Assembly (NCBI GenBank): GCA_964479125.1
Contig: CAYZJK010000002.1
Span: forward strand, 1-56,415
Direction of reading: 5' to 3'
Source: an uncultured Candidatus Saccharibacteria bacterium
GTDB taxonomy: Bacteria > Patescibacteriota > Saccharimonadia > Saccharimonadales > Saccharimonadaceae
Length of the DNA stretch: 56,415 nt
Under the pieces are notes generated by a model, which had not been told where the DNA came from, did no database searches, and was given only the letters and a program-made list of their open reading frames with translations. This document shows, in pieces, positions 16,401 through 25,091 of the stretch. The translations under genes were made by a program, and so were the position numbers. Every line of letters begins with the position of its first letter. The stretch's first letter is position 1.

Positions 16401-16847
16401 ATGGCAACTGAAAAGAAATCTAACGCAGTAAAATATAAAGCTAAAAAGAAGGCTGATGCATTATCAGCCAAGAAGGCTAAGGTAGTCGACAAGGCGTCAA
16501 AGGTAGGTACTAAGGTCAGTTCAGGCCATGTAGGTGGCTTCATGACATTTATTAGGGAGCAGGGGATTGTTGGTCTGGCTGTCGGTTTAGCAATTGGTAC
16601 TGCAGCGGGTGATACCGTAAGAAAGTTGGTAGAAGGCTTCATTAACCCGATTGTTCAGTTTATCGTTGGCACTAAATCAGGTCTTGAGGCTGCTGAGTGG
16701 AATATTGTTCTATTTGGACGATCGGCCGACTTTAAATGGGGAGCTTTTGTATCGTCTTTAATTACGTTAATAGCTACAGCTTTTGTAATATATTTAATTG
16801 TTCATCTAGCTAAGCTCGATCGTATTGATAAGAAGAAAGATAAATAA
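16401..16847 (+). CDS. mscL: Large-conductance mechanosensitive channel with a ~45-aa Lys/Ala-rich N-terminal extension
   Basis: FMTFIREQGIVGLAVGLAIGTAAGDTVRKLVEGFINPI matches the MscL TM1 signature. A second TM is present (LITLIATAFVIYLIV). Confidence 0.85.
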   Translation: MATEKKSNAVKYKAKKKADALSAKKAKVVDKASKVGTKVSSGHVGGFMTFIREQGIVGLAVGLAIGTAAGDTVRKLVEGFINPIVQFIVGTKSGLEAAEWNIVLFGRSADFKWGAFVSSLITLIATAFVIYLIVHLAKLDRIDKKKDK

Positions 16848-16951
16848 TATTTTAAGCAAGACTAACACCTTAAAAGTTGTTTTTCTTATGCTTTGAAATT
16901 TTAAGAAATTATGGTATAAATTCAGTTAGTAAGTAACCAGGAGACTACTGA

Positions 16952-19768
16952 ATGCGAAATGCCGGACGAAAACATGTTTATGACTACTCTCACAAGAGGA
17001 GCTCACGTCCAACCGAGCGATATGTTCCAGAGAAAAGCTGGAAGCCGCAGCCATCACCTCGCGATGAGTTAAAAAAGACTCTAGCCGAGCGACAAGACCG
17101 ATTCAAAGATGTCTTTTTGAAGAGGCAAGAGGAAGCTATTCCTGTTCATGAAGCTGAGCGCAAATATAACTTAGGTAACCCAGAACTCCCGGCCTATAAA
17201 CACAAAGAAGAGATCCAAGAGACAGTAAATAACCACCAGGTTACCATTATCGTTGGTGAGACAGGTAGTGGTAAATCTACTCAGATTCCTCAGTTTCTAC
17301 TTGAAGCAGGGTATACTGACATCACTATGACTCAACCTCGAATCTTAGCAGCAAATGGCGTTGCTGAGCGAATTGAGGATGAACTACATATATTCGGTGA
17401 TCTGAATCGACATGACGCCAGTCAGCAGGTTGGCATACACACGTCTGAGCTTAATACTGTAGCTGGTAAGGATCCTTCAATTCAAGTTGTGACAGATGGC
17501 TTAAAATTGGCTCAAGAGTACGGTGAAAGGGGTGAGGTGGTAAATGAAGTGCTTATCATCGATGAGGTTCATGAGTGGAATACAAATATAGAGATTCTGG
17601 TAGCTAGCGCTAAGCAGTTGATTGCTGAGCGTCCAAGTATGCGCCTAGTAGTGATGAGTGCCACTATGCGCGCCCATGACCTATCTAACTATTTCGCTGA
17701 TGCTGTTGGTGAGATACCTCCTATTGTGGAGATTGAAGGTAGGACTTTTGACGTGGAGCGTCTTGAGAGGCCTGATTCGACTGTGACAGATGAAGTTATT
17801 GAATCGCTTGAACATAATGGAGATATTTTAGTCTTTGTTCCTGGTAAGACAGAGATTAAAGATACGATTGGTGAGTTGCAGCGACGACTATCTGGCACGG
17901 AGTATGCCGACGCTCTTATCTTGCCTTTGCACAGTAAGATGTCTAAGCGCAATCAGGATATGGTCTATTTACAACCTGAAGACCGCAAGAAGATTGTTGT
18001 AGCAACTGGAATAGCTCAAACAAGTATTACCATCCCTGGTATTACTACGGTAGTAGATGCTGGGCTTGAGAGAAGATTAGAGTATGACGAAGAAGAGGAG
18101 CTTGGGCTTCAGCTTCACAACACCGCACAAGACACCTGCTTGCAACGTGCTGGTAGGGCAGGGCGTGTAGAGCCAGGACGCTATATACTAACCAGATTAA
18201 ATGAAGACACAGAGGTATCTCCATTTATATCGCGAGATGTAGAAAGTAGGCCTGAAATTGAAAGAACCGACCTAGCTCGAAACGTGCTTCGTACTGCTTG
18301 CGCTGGTAAAGACTTCGGTGACCTGGATTTATTCCATCCAGTCAAGCAAACTAAAATTGGAGAGGCTAAAGAGACTCTTCATACACTCGGAGCCCTAGAT
18401 ATAATTGGCGATGAAGATGATGCAGTGACTGAAATCGGCCATTACATGAACCGTTTTCCTGTTCGTGTGAGCTTGGGTCGTATGATGGCTGAAGCTGCTG
18501 GTAAGTCAGAAAATGTACGTAAGTATATGGCTGCAATTGTATCTTCAGTTGAGGCTGGTAATTTACAGAGTTTCGCTGATGACACTGAAAATAACTGGAA
18601 GCAGCTAGTTGATGGTGAGGACTTTAGTGATATGGTTGCTCAGTTACGTATATTCTCAGAAGTGTTTAACAATGGTTTTACTAGCCAACATGAAACTGAC
18701 GTACACTTCCATGAATATGTATCAAATTTTGACTTAGATCCTAAAAATGTACACCGCGCACTAAGTCAGTATGGTAAAAATGCTAAGCACGCGGACGTTC
18801 CTGCAGAGTTTGCCTTTGAAGAATTCACTCCACCAACGACAGGTGAGCTAGAAGAGATTTATAAGTGTATATATTCAGGCATGGCAGACACTGTTCATCG
18901 AAAAGTTGGGCGTGAAGGCTTTAAGCCTGTCTACGAAATGATGGGTAGTGAGCGAATCGTAAGGCGGGAGGTTAGCGGCCGGAGTGTAGTCGATAAACCG
19001 GGTGATTGGGTAGTCGGTTACCCTTATCATCATGAATACTATAAGGACGGTGAGCGTCAGTCACGCAATATTATTGAGAGTGTTACTAAGGTGGTGGATC
19101 CGATAGATCTTGCCTCGTCATCGCTTAAGAGGCTTATTAAAGAGACTCCTATTGGCTATAAGATGCGGGGAGGGCAGTTAAAGCAGGTTAACGAACTTAC
19201 GCTTTATGGGCAAAGTATTGGGGTTACTGAAGAAAAGACTCCTGACTTCAATAAAGAAGTAGAGGATCAAATGCTAAGGGAGGTTCTTGCTCAGTCGCAG
19301 GCACTACCAACTATTAAACGACTATTTGATATTAAGAAAGCAAGTGAAGAGCTGTCCAATAAAGATAGATTAGGTAGTATTAAGGCTGTAACTCAAGATG
19401 AGGTGATCGATATTATTAGGGCTGTCATTAGAGAGGGTGAACATACAACTGTCTGGGAGGTCGAAAACGACCTGATGGTGCGTGATAATATCGAGGGTAA
19501 GTATTCACTTGAGAGTATGCTTGATGCCGATGAAGTAGAGAGAGTTATACTTGGGTCCCCAGATGAAATTGAAGTCAATGGATTGTCTCTAAAGCTTTAT
19601 TATGTTGATGGTGTGCCGGTAGCTAAGAGCAACCCGGTTGAGATTAAGCGCAACATATACCTTGATGACGGCAGAGAGGTGAAGTTTGCTGTACGTAATA
19701 AAGGCAGGAGTAAAGGTGGTCGTAGGACTTCTCGACTAGTGTCAGGTTCTGAGCTCAACGCTGATTAA
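16952..19768 (+). CDS. DEAH-box ATP-dependent helicase (HrpA/HrpB-like)
   Basis: Motif I GETGSGKST, II DEVHE, III SAT, VI QRAGRAGR, followed by an HA2-like region. AGGAG RBS. Confidence 0.85.
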   Translation: MRNAGRKHVYDYSHKRSSRPTERYVPEKSWKPQPSPRDELKKTLAERQDRFKDVFLKRQEEAIPVHEAERKYNLGNPELPAYKHKEEIQETVNNHQVTIIVGETGSGKSTQIPQFLLEAGYTDITMTQPRILAANGVAERIEDELHIFGDLNRHDASQQVGIHTSELNTVAGKDPSIQVVTDGLKLAQEYGERGEVVNEVLIIDEVHEWNTNIEILVASAKQLIAERPSMRLVVMSATMRAHDLSNYFADAVGEIPPIVEIEGRTFDVERLERPDSTVTDEVIESLEHNGDILVFVPGKTEIKDTIGELQRRLSGTEYADALILPLHSKMSKRNQDMVYLQPEDRKKIVVATGIAQTSITIPGITTVVDAGLERRLEYDEEEELGLQLHNTAQDTCLQRAGRAGRVEPGRYILTRLNEDTEVSPFISRDVESRPEIERTDLARNVLRTACAGKDFGDLDLFHPVKQTKIGEAKETLHTLGALDIIGDEDDAVTEIGHYMNRFPVRVSLGRMMAEAAGKSENVRKYMAAIVSSVEAGNLQSFADDTENNWKQLVDGEDFSDMVAQLRIFSEVFNNGFTSQHETDVHFHEYVSNFDLDPKNVHRALSQYGKNAKHADVPAEFAFEEFTPPTTGELEEIYKCIYSGMADTVHRKVGREGFKPVYEMMGSERIVRREVSGRSVVDKPGDWVVGYPYHHEYYKDGERQSRNIIESVTKVVDPIDLASSSLKRLIKETPIGYKMRGGQLKQVNELTLYGQSIGVTEEKTPDFNKEVEDQMLREVLAQSQALPTIKRLFDIKKASEELSNKDRLGSIKAVTQDEVIDIIRAVIREGEHTTVWEVENDLMVRDNIEGKYSLESMLDADEVERVILGSPDEIEVNGLSLKLYYVDGVPVAKSNPVEIKRNIYLDDGREVKFAVRNKGRSKGGRRTSRLVSGSELNAD

Positions 19769-19782
19769 TGTATACTAGACCT

Positions 19783-20331
19783 ATGAGTAAAAAGGCCAAA
19801 TTGCTGTGGATGGATTTAGAGATGACTGGATTAGATCCAGTTAGCGACCGTATTCTTGAAGTGGCTATCATCGTAACCGACTGGTCATTTAACGAGCTGG
19901 CGGTTTACGAGTCAGCTATAAAGGTAGATGAATCTTATATTCTAGAGCGTATGAAGGTTAGCCAAGCTTTCTGGGATGCTAATCCGGAGGCTCGAGACGG
20001 TTTACTAAGTCAAAATTCTAAGGCTAAAAAAGATGCCAAGGCTGTTGAGGCTGAGTTAATTAAGCTAGTAGATGAAAACTTTAGAGATGAGCTGGTCCTA
20101 CTAGCAGGTAACTCAATCCACCAAGATAGAAAATTTATCGAAAATGAATGGCCGGAATTAAACAAGAAGCTACACTATCGAATGTTAGACGTGAGTGCTT
20201 GGAAAGTAGTTTTCGAAGGTAAGTATCGTAAACGATTCGTTAAACCGGAGGAGCATAGAGCACTTGGTGACATTCGCGGTAGCATCATGGAGTTGCAATA
20301 TTACTTAACAAAAGTCAGGATGGGTAAGTAG
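19783..20331 (+). CDS. orn: Oligoribonuclease
   Basis: DEDDh motifs LLWMDLEMTGLDP, GNSIHQDRKF and HRALGDIRGSI. The MSKKAKLLWMDLEMTG start (ATG 19783) aligns with Orn N-termini and lies 6 nt after a TATACT box. ATG 19768 (TAATG overlap with the helicase) is the alternative. Confidence 0.85.
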   Translation: MSKKAKLLWMDLEMTGLDPVSDRILEVAIIVTDWSFNELAVYESAIKVDESYILERMKVSQAFWDANPEARDGLLSQNSKAKKDAKAVEAELIKLVDENFRDELVLLAGNSIHQDRKFIENEWPELNKKLHYRMLDVSAWKVVFEGKYRKRFVKPEEHRALGDIRGSIMELQYYLTKVRMGK

Positions 20332-20679
20332 ATGATTAGAGAAGGTATTTTTCACGAAGCAGTAATGGCTTATGACGATATTTATGTAGACGATAGTGTT
20401 GATGAAAAGCTACGCGCTTATCGTTATAGTAGTGAAGATGGAGATTTTGTGGCTTTAGTTTACCGCAACTCGCACCCTCTCCGAATCTCTCTAAGGTGTG
20501 ATGCTAAGCTATCTAAGCTATTAAGAGAGAAGTATGAAACCGTCCTACCGGCAGAGAATCTAAATAAAAAGTACTGGAATACAATTCTTTGCACTGGTCA
20601 GCTGCCAGAAGACGAAATCTATGACTTACTACGCCTTAGCTACCAGCTAACTAGTAAGAAGGGTCCACTCGAGGTTTAA
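20332..20679 (+). CDS. MmcQ/YjbR family DNA-binding protein
   Basis: LRISLRCDAKLSKLLREKYETVLPAENLNKKYWNTI resembles the YjbR fold signature. It starts directly after the orn stop. Confidence 0.6.
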   Translation: MIREGIFHEAVMAYDDIYVDDSVDEKLRAYRYSSEDGDFVALVYRNSHPLRISLRCDAKLSKLLREKYETVLPAENLNKKYWNTILCTGQLPEDEIYDLLRLSYQLTSKKGPLEV

Positions 20680-20700
20680 AAAATTATCTAGCCGCTTGGG

Positions 20701-21594
20701 CTAGATAATTCCTGAATCTTCAGCTTGTGAGAATCCATCTATTGAGTCTTTGATACTCTTTAGACTCCCGTGGCCCTTTTCAAGGGTTTGTTTCGTAGTC
20801 TCAGATCCGGTTCGATTATATACGTATTCGATTTGACGCATGATTTCTTGAACCTTGAACTCCATCTGCATCAGATAGACTCGGTCATACATCACCTGTA
20901 GTCTTGCTTCTTCAAGCTTTTGACGTAGCTCTTCATCTCTAATTGGCGGCTTCTTAGCAGCTGAGCGTAGCGTGGATGCTTTACTGCCACTACTCTCAAG
21001 GGGAGCTTCTAGGCTCTGCATTGTACTTAAGAGAACTGTATCTAGTGAGCTGTTAATACCACGAAGCTTACTATTTTTAATATTCTTGCCAGCACCCTTA
21101 GTTACTTCTTGGGTATCGGCCATAATCGTATACACAGTAGACAGCGTCGCAGCTGGTGAGTTGTCTTGCTTAGGGGTTAGTGCAAATAAAGCTCCAGCTA
21201 GACCTAAAGTTAGAATAATAGCGCCTGATGCTATGGCGATAAATTTCTTTGAGAACTGATTAGGAGACGTACCAGACATACTGTTGAGGTAGTCGACTGA
21301 ATACTGACCGTTAACGAGCTGACCTTGCTGAATCGGCGGGGTGGTGGCTCTTGATACATAGTCACTAGCTTTAGAGGGCGATAGGTCCTCTTTTTTAGCA
21401 GCTGGTGGTTGATACCAGCTAGGGTGTTGATGCTGAGGTTGACCCTGTTGATGATTTGGTTGGTAGGGAGGTGGAGATTGTGGCTGAGGGTTAGGTTGAT
21501 ACTGAGGACCAGGCTGAGGCTGACCATAGTATGGTTGAGGATTCTGTCCTTGAGGTTGAGGCTGGTTGTTGTTTGGTGTTTGTCCAGGGTACAT
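20701..21594 (-). CDS. Single-pass membrane protein with a Pro/Gln-rich disordered N-terminus
   Basis: The first ~65 aa are almost only P/Q/N/G/Y. TM FIAIASGAIILTLGLAGALFAL. A helical C-terminal domain follows. Confidence 0.75.
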   Translation of the reverse strand: MYPGQTPNNNQPQPQGQNPQPYYGQPQPGPQYQPNPQPQSPPPYQPNHQQGQPQHQHPSWYQPPAAKKEDLSPSKASDYVSRATTPPIQQGQLVNGQYSVDYLNSMSGTSPNQFSKKFIAIASGAIILTLGLAGALFALTPKQDNSPAATLSTVYTIMADTQEVTKGAGKNIKNSKLRGINSSLDTVLLSTMQSLEAPLESSGSKASTLRSAAKKPPIRDEELRQKLEEARLQVMYDRVYLMQMEFKVQEIMRQIEYVYNRTGSETTKQTLEKGHGSLKSIKDSIDGFSQAEDSGII

Positions 21595-21657
21595 AATTGA
21601 CTATATTTAAGCATAAACACTGGTAATAGTCCATTACGTCAATGCTATACTATATCT

Positions 21658-23397
21658 ATGCAGGAAGCTAAGGAAGAGGTTCGAGCTCGCCTTGCTATTG
21701 AGGATGTAATTGGCGAGTATGTCGAGTTAAAAAGATCAGGCAGAAACTTTAAAGGTTTGAGCCCATTTACTGGTGAGAGAACAGCCAGCTTCTTTGTTAG
21801 TCCTGAGAAAAATATTTGGCATGATTTTAGTAGCGGTCAGGGAGGCGACGTCTTCTCATTTATTATGGCCGTTGAGGGTATGAATTTTAAAGAGGCGCTT
21901 GATCATCTGGCACGTAAGGCTGGTGTTGATATGTCTCTATATCAGAACAGTGCCGCACAAAAAATTGGTAAAAAGAAGCGCCGACTAGAGGAAGCGAACG
22001 AGCTTGCGGCCCACTATTATCAATATTGTCTAGTTAAAAACCAACGTGCATTAGAGTACGTATTTAAAAAGAGGCAGCTCAGTAAAGAGGCGGTGTCGGA
22101 CTTCCGAATTGGCTATGCGCCTGATGATTCGTACGCGCTTGTAAATTACTTGAGTAAAAAAGGTTTCTCAAAAGAAGAGATAGCTGAGGCGGGCTTAAGT
22201 AACAGATTTGGCGGTGATTTATTCAAGGGACGTATGACTGTTCCTTTGATGGACCCATCTGGTAGGGTAGTCGGCTTTACTGGTCGCATCATTAAAGACG
22301 ATCCGAACGCCCCTAAGTACCTCAACACTCCACAGACATTGCTTTACGATAAGAGCTGGCATGTATTCGGTTTTAGTCAGGCTAAGCAGTCTATAAGAAA
22401 GAAAGACTACGCAGTGGTGGTTGAGGGTAATCTTGATGTCGTCAGTAGTCATCAATTCGGCGTAGATGAAGTTGTAGCTGCGGCAGGTACGGCTCTAACT
22501 CTGTATCATCTAAAGACTATTGCCCGGACCACCTCTAATATTCGCTTAGCGTTTGATGGTGATAAAGCTGGATTAAACGCTACTGAAAGAGCCATTCCTC
22601 TAGCACAGCAGGCAGGGGTCAATCTTACAATTGTAACTATCCCTGGAGAATCTAAAGATCCAGACGATTTAATCAGGGAGGATGTTAAGTTGTGGCAAGC
22701 AGCGATTGAGTCACATGAGCCTGCGGTTGATTGGGTCTTGAAGAAATATGCCGAACGGTCTGATATGGAGTCGGCTGCTGGTAAGAAAACATTTACTGAC
22801 GCTGCATTAGGTATCGTTAAGTCTTTAGAGGATCCAGTAGAGAAAGAGCACTACTACGAAAAAATTGCTCAAATGGCTGGTACTAGTATGGCTTCTATTA
22901 AGGCTAAAGAGTCGGCTGCTGTTGAAGAAAAGAAAAGACCGCTTAAGCCGATTGTTGAGCAGCCTAAGACTGATATTAATGCTGCGCTTGAATATGAAAA
23001 CAACTTGTTAGCACTAGCCTTAAAGTATCTGGACGTGCAAAAATTATTCAAACCGGAGGACGTTGAGTACTTAATATCAGAAGAATCAAGAATCGTACTG
23101 AAATATTTAATCGACAGGGGTGGAGTCGTTAAAGAAGTGCCTCGCGACTTGCAAAAATACCAGGACTATGTGAATATATTATTATTACGGGCCGAGACAA
23201 GATACGCTAATTGGGGAGACCAAGACGTGCTCCAAGAATCACAGCGACTACTCCGCCGCATAAAAGATGAACACCGAAAACAAAAGAAGACTGAGCTGGA
23301 TATCGCTTTGCGTGAAGCGGAGCAGTCGGAAGACTACGAGCAAATGCGCAAAATTATGCAGCAGATACAATCTTTAAACAAGGAGATACATCGGTGA
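21658..23397 (+). CDS. dnaG: DNA primase (zinc-ribbon ligands all substituted)
   Basis: N-terminal ZBD-like segment, a TOPRIM region ([11 protein letters not shown]...AFDGDKAG) and a C-terminal helical domain. In E. coli the ZBD motifs are CPFH...HCFGCG; here they read SPFT...HDFSSG. Confidence 0.9.
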   Translation: MQEAKEEVRARLAIEDVIGEYVELKRSGRNFKGLSPFTGERTASFFVSPEKNIWHDFSSGQGGDVFSFIMAVEGMNFKEALDHLARKAGVDMSLYQNSAAQKIGKKKRRLEEANELAAHYYQYCLVKNQRALEYVFKKRQLSKEAVSDFRIGYAPDDSYALVNYLSKKGFSKEEIAEAGLSNRFGGDLFKGRMTVPLMDPSGRVVGFTGRIIKDDPNAPKYLNTPQTLLYDKSWHVFGFSQAKQSIRKKDYAVVVEGNLDVVSSHQFGVDEVVAAAGTALTLYHLKTIARTTSNIRLAFDGDKAGLNATERAIPLAQQAGVNLTIVTIPGESKDPDDLIREDVKLWQAAIESHEPAVDWVLKKYAERSDMESAAGKKTFTDAALGIVKSLEDPVEKEHYYEKIAQMAGTSMASIKAKESAAVEEKKRPLKPIVEQPKTDINAALEYENNLLALALKYLDVQKLFKPEDVEYLISEESRIVLKYLIDRGGVVKEVPRDLQKYQDYVNILLLRAETRYANWGDQDVLQESQRLLRRIKDEHRKQKKTELDIALREAEQSEDYEQMRKIMQQIQSLNKEIHR

Positions 23398-24383
23398 GTG
23401 ATACTCAAGAAACCCCAGATGAACTAGAGCGAATCACATTACCAGCCGCTTCTGCGCTGGAGACAAAAGAAGAACCTGATGTAGATGATCTAGCTGACGA
23501 AGAGGAGGTTGATGAAGCTACTCTTGATGGTCAGTACTTAGATGATGTCAGTGACGACTCAGTTCGTTTATATCTACGTGAAATCGGTAAGATTCCACTA
23601 CTTAGTGCTGAAGAAGAGTTTGATTTAGCCCAGCGCGTAAAGGCAGGTGAGAAGAGGGCTAAAGATAAGATGGCTGAAGCTAACATGCGACTAGTTGTCT
23701 CTATCGCTAAGCGCTACAGTGGTCGTGGGCTAGATTTTCTAGATTTAATCCAGGAAGGTAATACTGGTCTACTAAGAGCGGTTGAAAAGTTTGATCCAGA
23801 TAAGGGATTTAAGTTCAGTACTTATGCAACTTGGTGGATTCGCCAGGCAATCACTCGAGCGATTGCTGACCAGGCACGAACAATTCGTATTCCTGTTCAT
23901 ATGGTTGAAACTATTAATAAGCTACTACGAACTCAACGACGCATGACTCAGGAATTAAACCGTGAACCAACCATGGAAGAGCTTTCTAAAGAGCTTGATA
24001 TGGAGCCAAGTAAGATTGAGTACGTAATGAAGATTAAGCAGGATATTCACTCGCTTGACGCTGGCGTAGGCCGCGATGGTGATGAAGAGGATAGTGTGCT
24101 TGGAGACTTCATTGAAGACGAAGACAGTACTACTCCAGAAGAGTCTGCTTCAAGTCAACTCCTTAAAGAGCAGGTGCAGGATATCCTTTCTACCCTAAGC
24201 GATCGTGAACAAAAAATTGTTAAGATGCGCTTCGGACTAGATAACGGCAAAAGCCATACGTTAGAAGAAGTCGGCCAAGAGTTTGCGGTTACCCGTGAGC
24301 GTATCAGGCAGATTGAAGCTAAGGCATTAGCTAAGCTACGTAAACACAAGGATGCACGTAAACTTCACGAATACCTATCTTAA
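23394..24383 (+). CDS. rpoD: Primary RNA polymerase sigma factor
   Basis: Region 2 [37 protein letters not shown] and region 4 [27 protein letters not shown] start overlaps the dnaG stop (GTGA), with AAGGAG 8 nt upstream. Confidence 0.95.
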   Translation: MSDTQETPDELERITLPAASALETKEEPDVDDLADEEEVDEATLDGQYLDDVSDDSVRLYLREIGKIPLLSAEEEFDLAQRVKAGEKRAKDKMAEANMRLVVSIAKRYSGRGLDFLDLIQEGNTGLLRAVEKFDPDKGFKFSTYATWWIRQAITRAIADQARTIRIPVHMVETINKLLRTQRRMTQELNREPTMEELSKELDMEPSKIEYVMKIKQDIHSLDAGVGRDGDEEDSVLGDFIEDEDSTTPEESASSQLLKEQVQDILSTLSDREQKIVKMRFGLDNGKSHTLEEVGQEFAVTRERIRQIEAKALAKLRKHKDARKLHEYLS

Positions 24384-24404
24384 ATCGTAGAGAAGGTGAG
24401 TAAT

Positions 24405-24437
24405 AAAAAAGAGCTAGTATATGACTAGCTCTTTTTT
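24405..24437. terminator. Bidirectional rho-independent terminator
   Basis: AAAAAAGAGCTAGT-atatg-ACTAGCTCTTTTTT, a perfect 14-bp stem with flanking A/T runs, between convergent rpoD and the kinase gene. Confidence 0.85.
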
Positions 24438-24451
24438 AAATAATCCAGGTT

Positions 24452-25021
24452 TTAGAAGCCAATATCTTTTAGTTCGATATCTACTTTTTCGTGTAATTCG
24501 TCTAGTTCACCAGTGTTCTGGATGTAATGGTCAGCGATAGCGATTGGGCCACCCTTTTCAAGGTTCTCAATTTCAGACCAATCTCTTTCAAGAGCTTGTT
24601 GGGGAGTTAGTGGTCGAACTGGGCGCTTAGATAGGCGAGCGTGTCGCAATGATCGTGGCGCTACGATAGCAATTAAATATAGTTCACCAGGAAATGACTT
24701 CTTTAAAAACTTATACTCAGTCCAGCTGTACAGGCTTTCAACAATAATTCTTTTCTGACCAGCTTCAATTAGGTCGGCAATTTGCTTAGCAGCGCGCTTA
24801 GCGATAAAGTCATTACCTTCTTCTTCGCGAAGCTTCTCGCGCATGTAGCGCTCGTTGTCAGGGGTTTCATCGAGACCGGCGTCTCGAACTGCCTGTAGTA
24901 CGATGTCTCCGAAATAAACTCGGGGATACTTTCGCTCCATTACATAATCTACGGCTGAGCTTTTTCCAGCTCCAGGCATGCCAATAAAGGCAACAATTTT
25001 AACGTCTCTCGTATTCTTCAT
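24452..25021 (-). CDS. P-loop nucleoside/nucleotide kinase family protein (dephospho-CoA-kinase-like/UPF0200-like)
   Basis: KIVAFIGMPGAGKSS Walker A at the N-terminus. The ATG at 25021 is preferred over the upstream extension in the ORF track. Confidence 0.6.
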   Translation of the reverse strand: MKNTRDVKIVAFIGMPGAGKSSAVDYVMERKYPRVYFGDIVLQAVRDAGLDETPDNERYMREKLREEEGNDFIAKRAAKQIADLIEAGQKRIIVESLYSWTEYKFLKKSFPGELYLIAIVAPRSLRHARLSKRPVRPLTPQQALERDWSEIENLEKGGPIAIADHYIQNTGELDELHEKVDIELKDIGF

Positions 25022-25027
25022 ATTTAT

Positions 25028-25084
25028 ATTGTAACAGTAGAAATGCCGTAAGCTCCAGAGTAGAGCGTACATAAATGATATACT
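25028..25084. promoter_or_regulatory. Divergent extended -10 promoters for the kinase gene (-) and polA (+), both leaderless-type
   Basis: The complement of 25028-25036 reads TGTTACAAT, 6 nt before the minus-strand ATG (25021). TGATATACT at 25076-25084 lies 7 nt before ATG 25092. Confidence 0.45.
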
Positions 25085-25091
25085 GAAGTAT

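Noticed and set aside
20972-21620. Alternative-frame ORFs (95, 129 and 63 aa) overlapping the PQ-rich membrane protein gene.
   Set aside because: These are low-complexity frame artefacts of the CCN/CAR-rich region. Only the 297-aa frame gives a coherent TM plus domain architecture and a promoter-proximal ATG.
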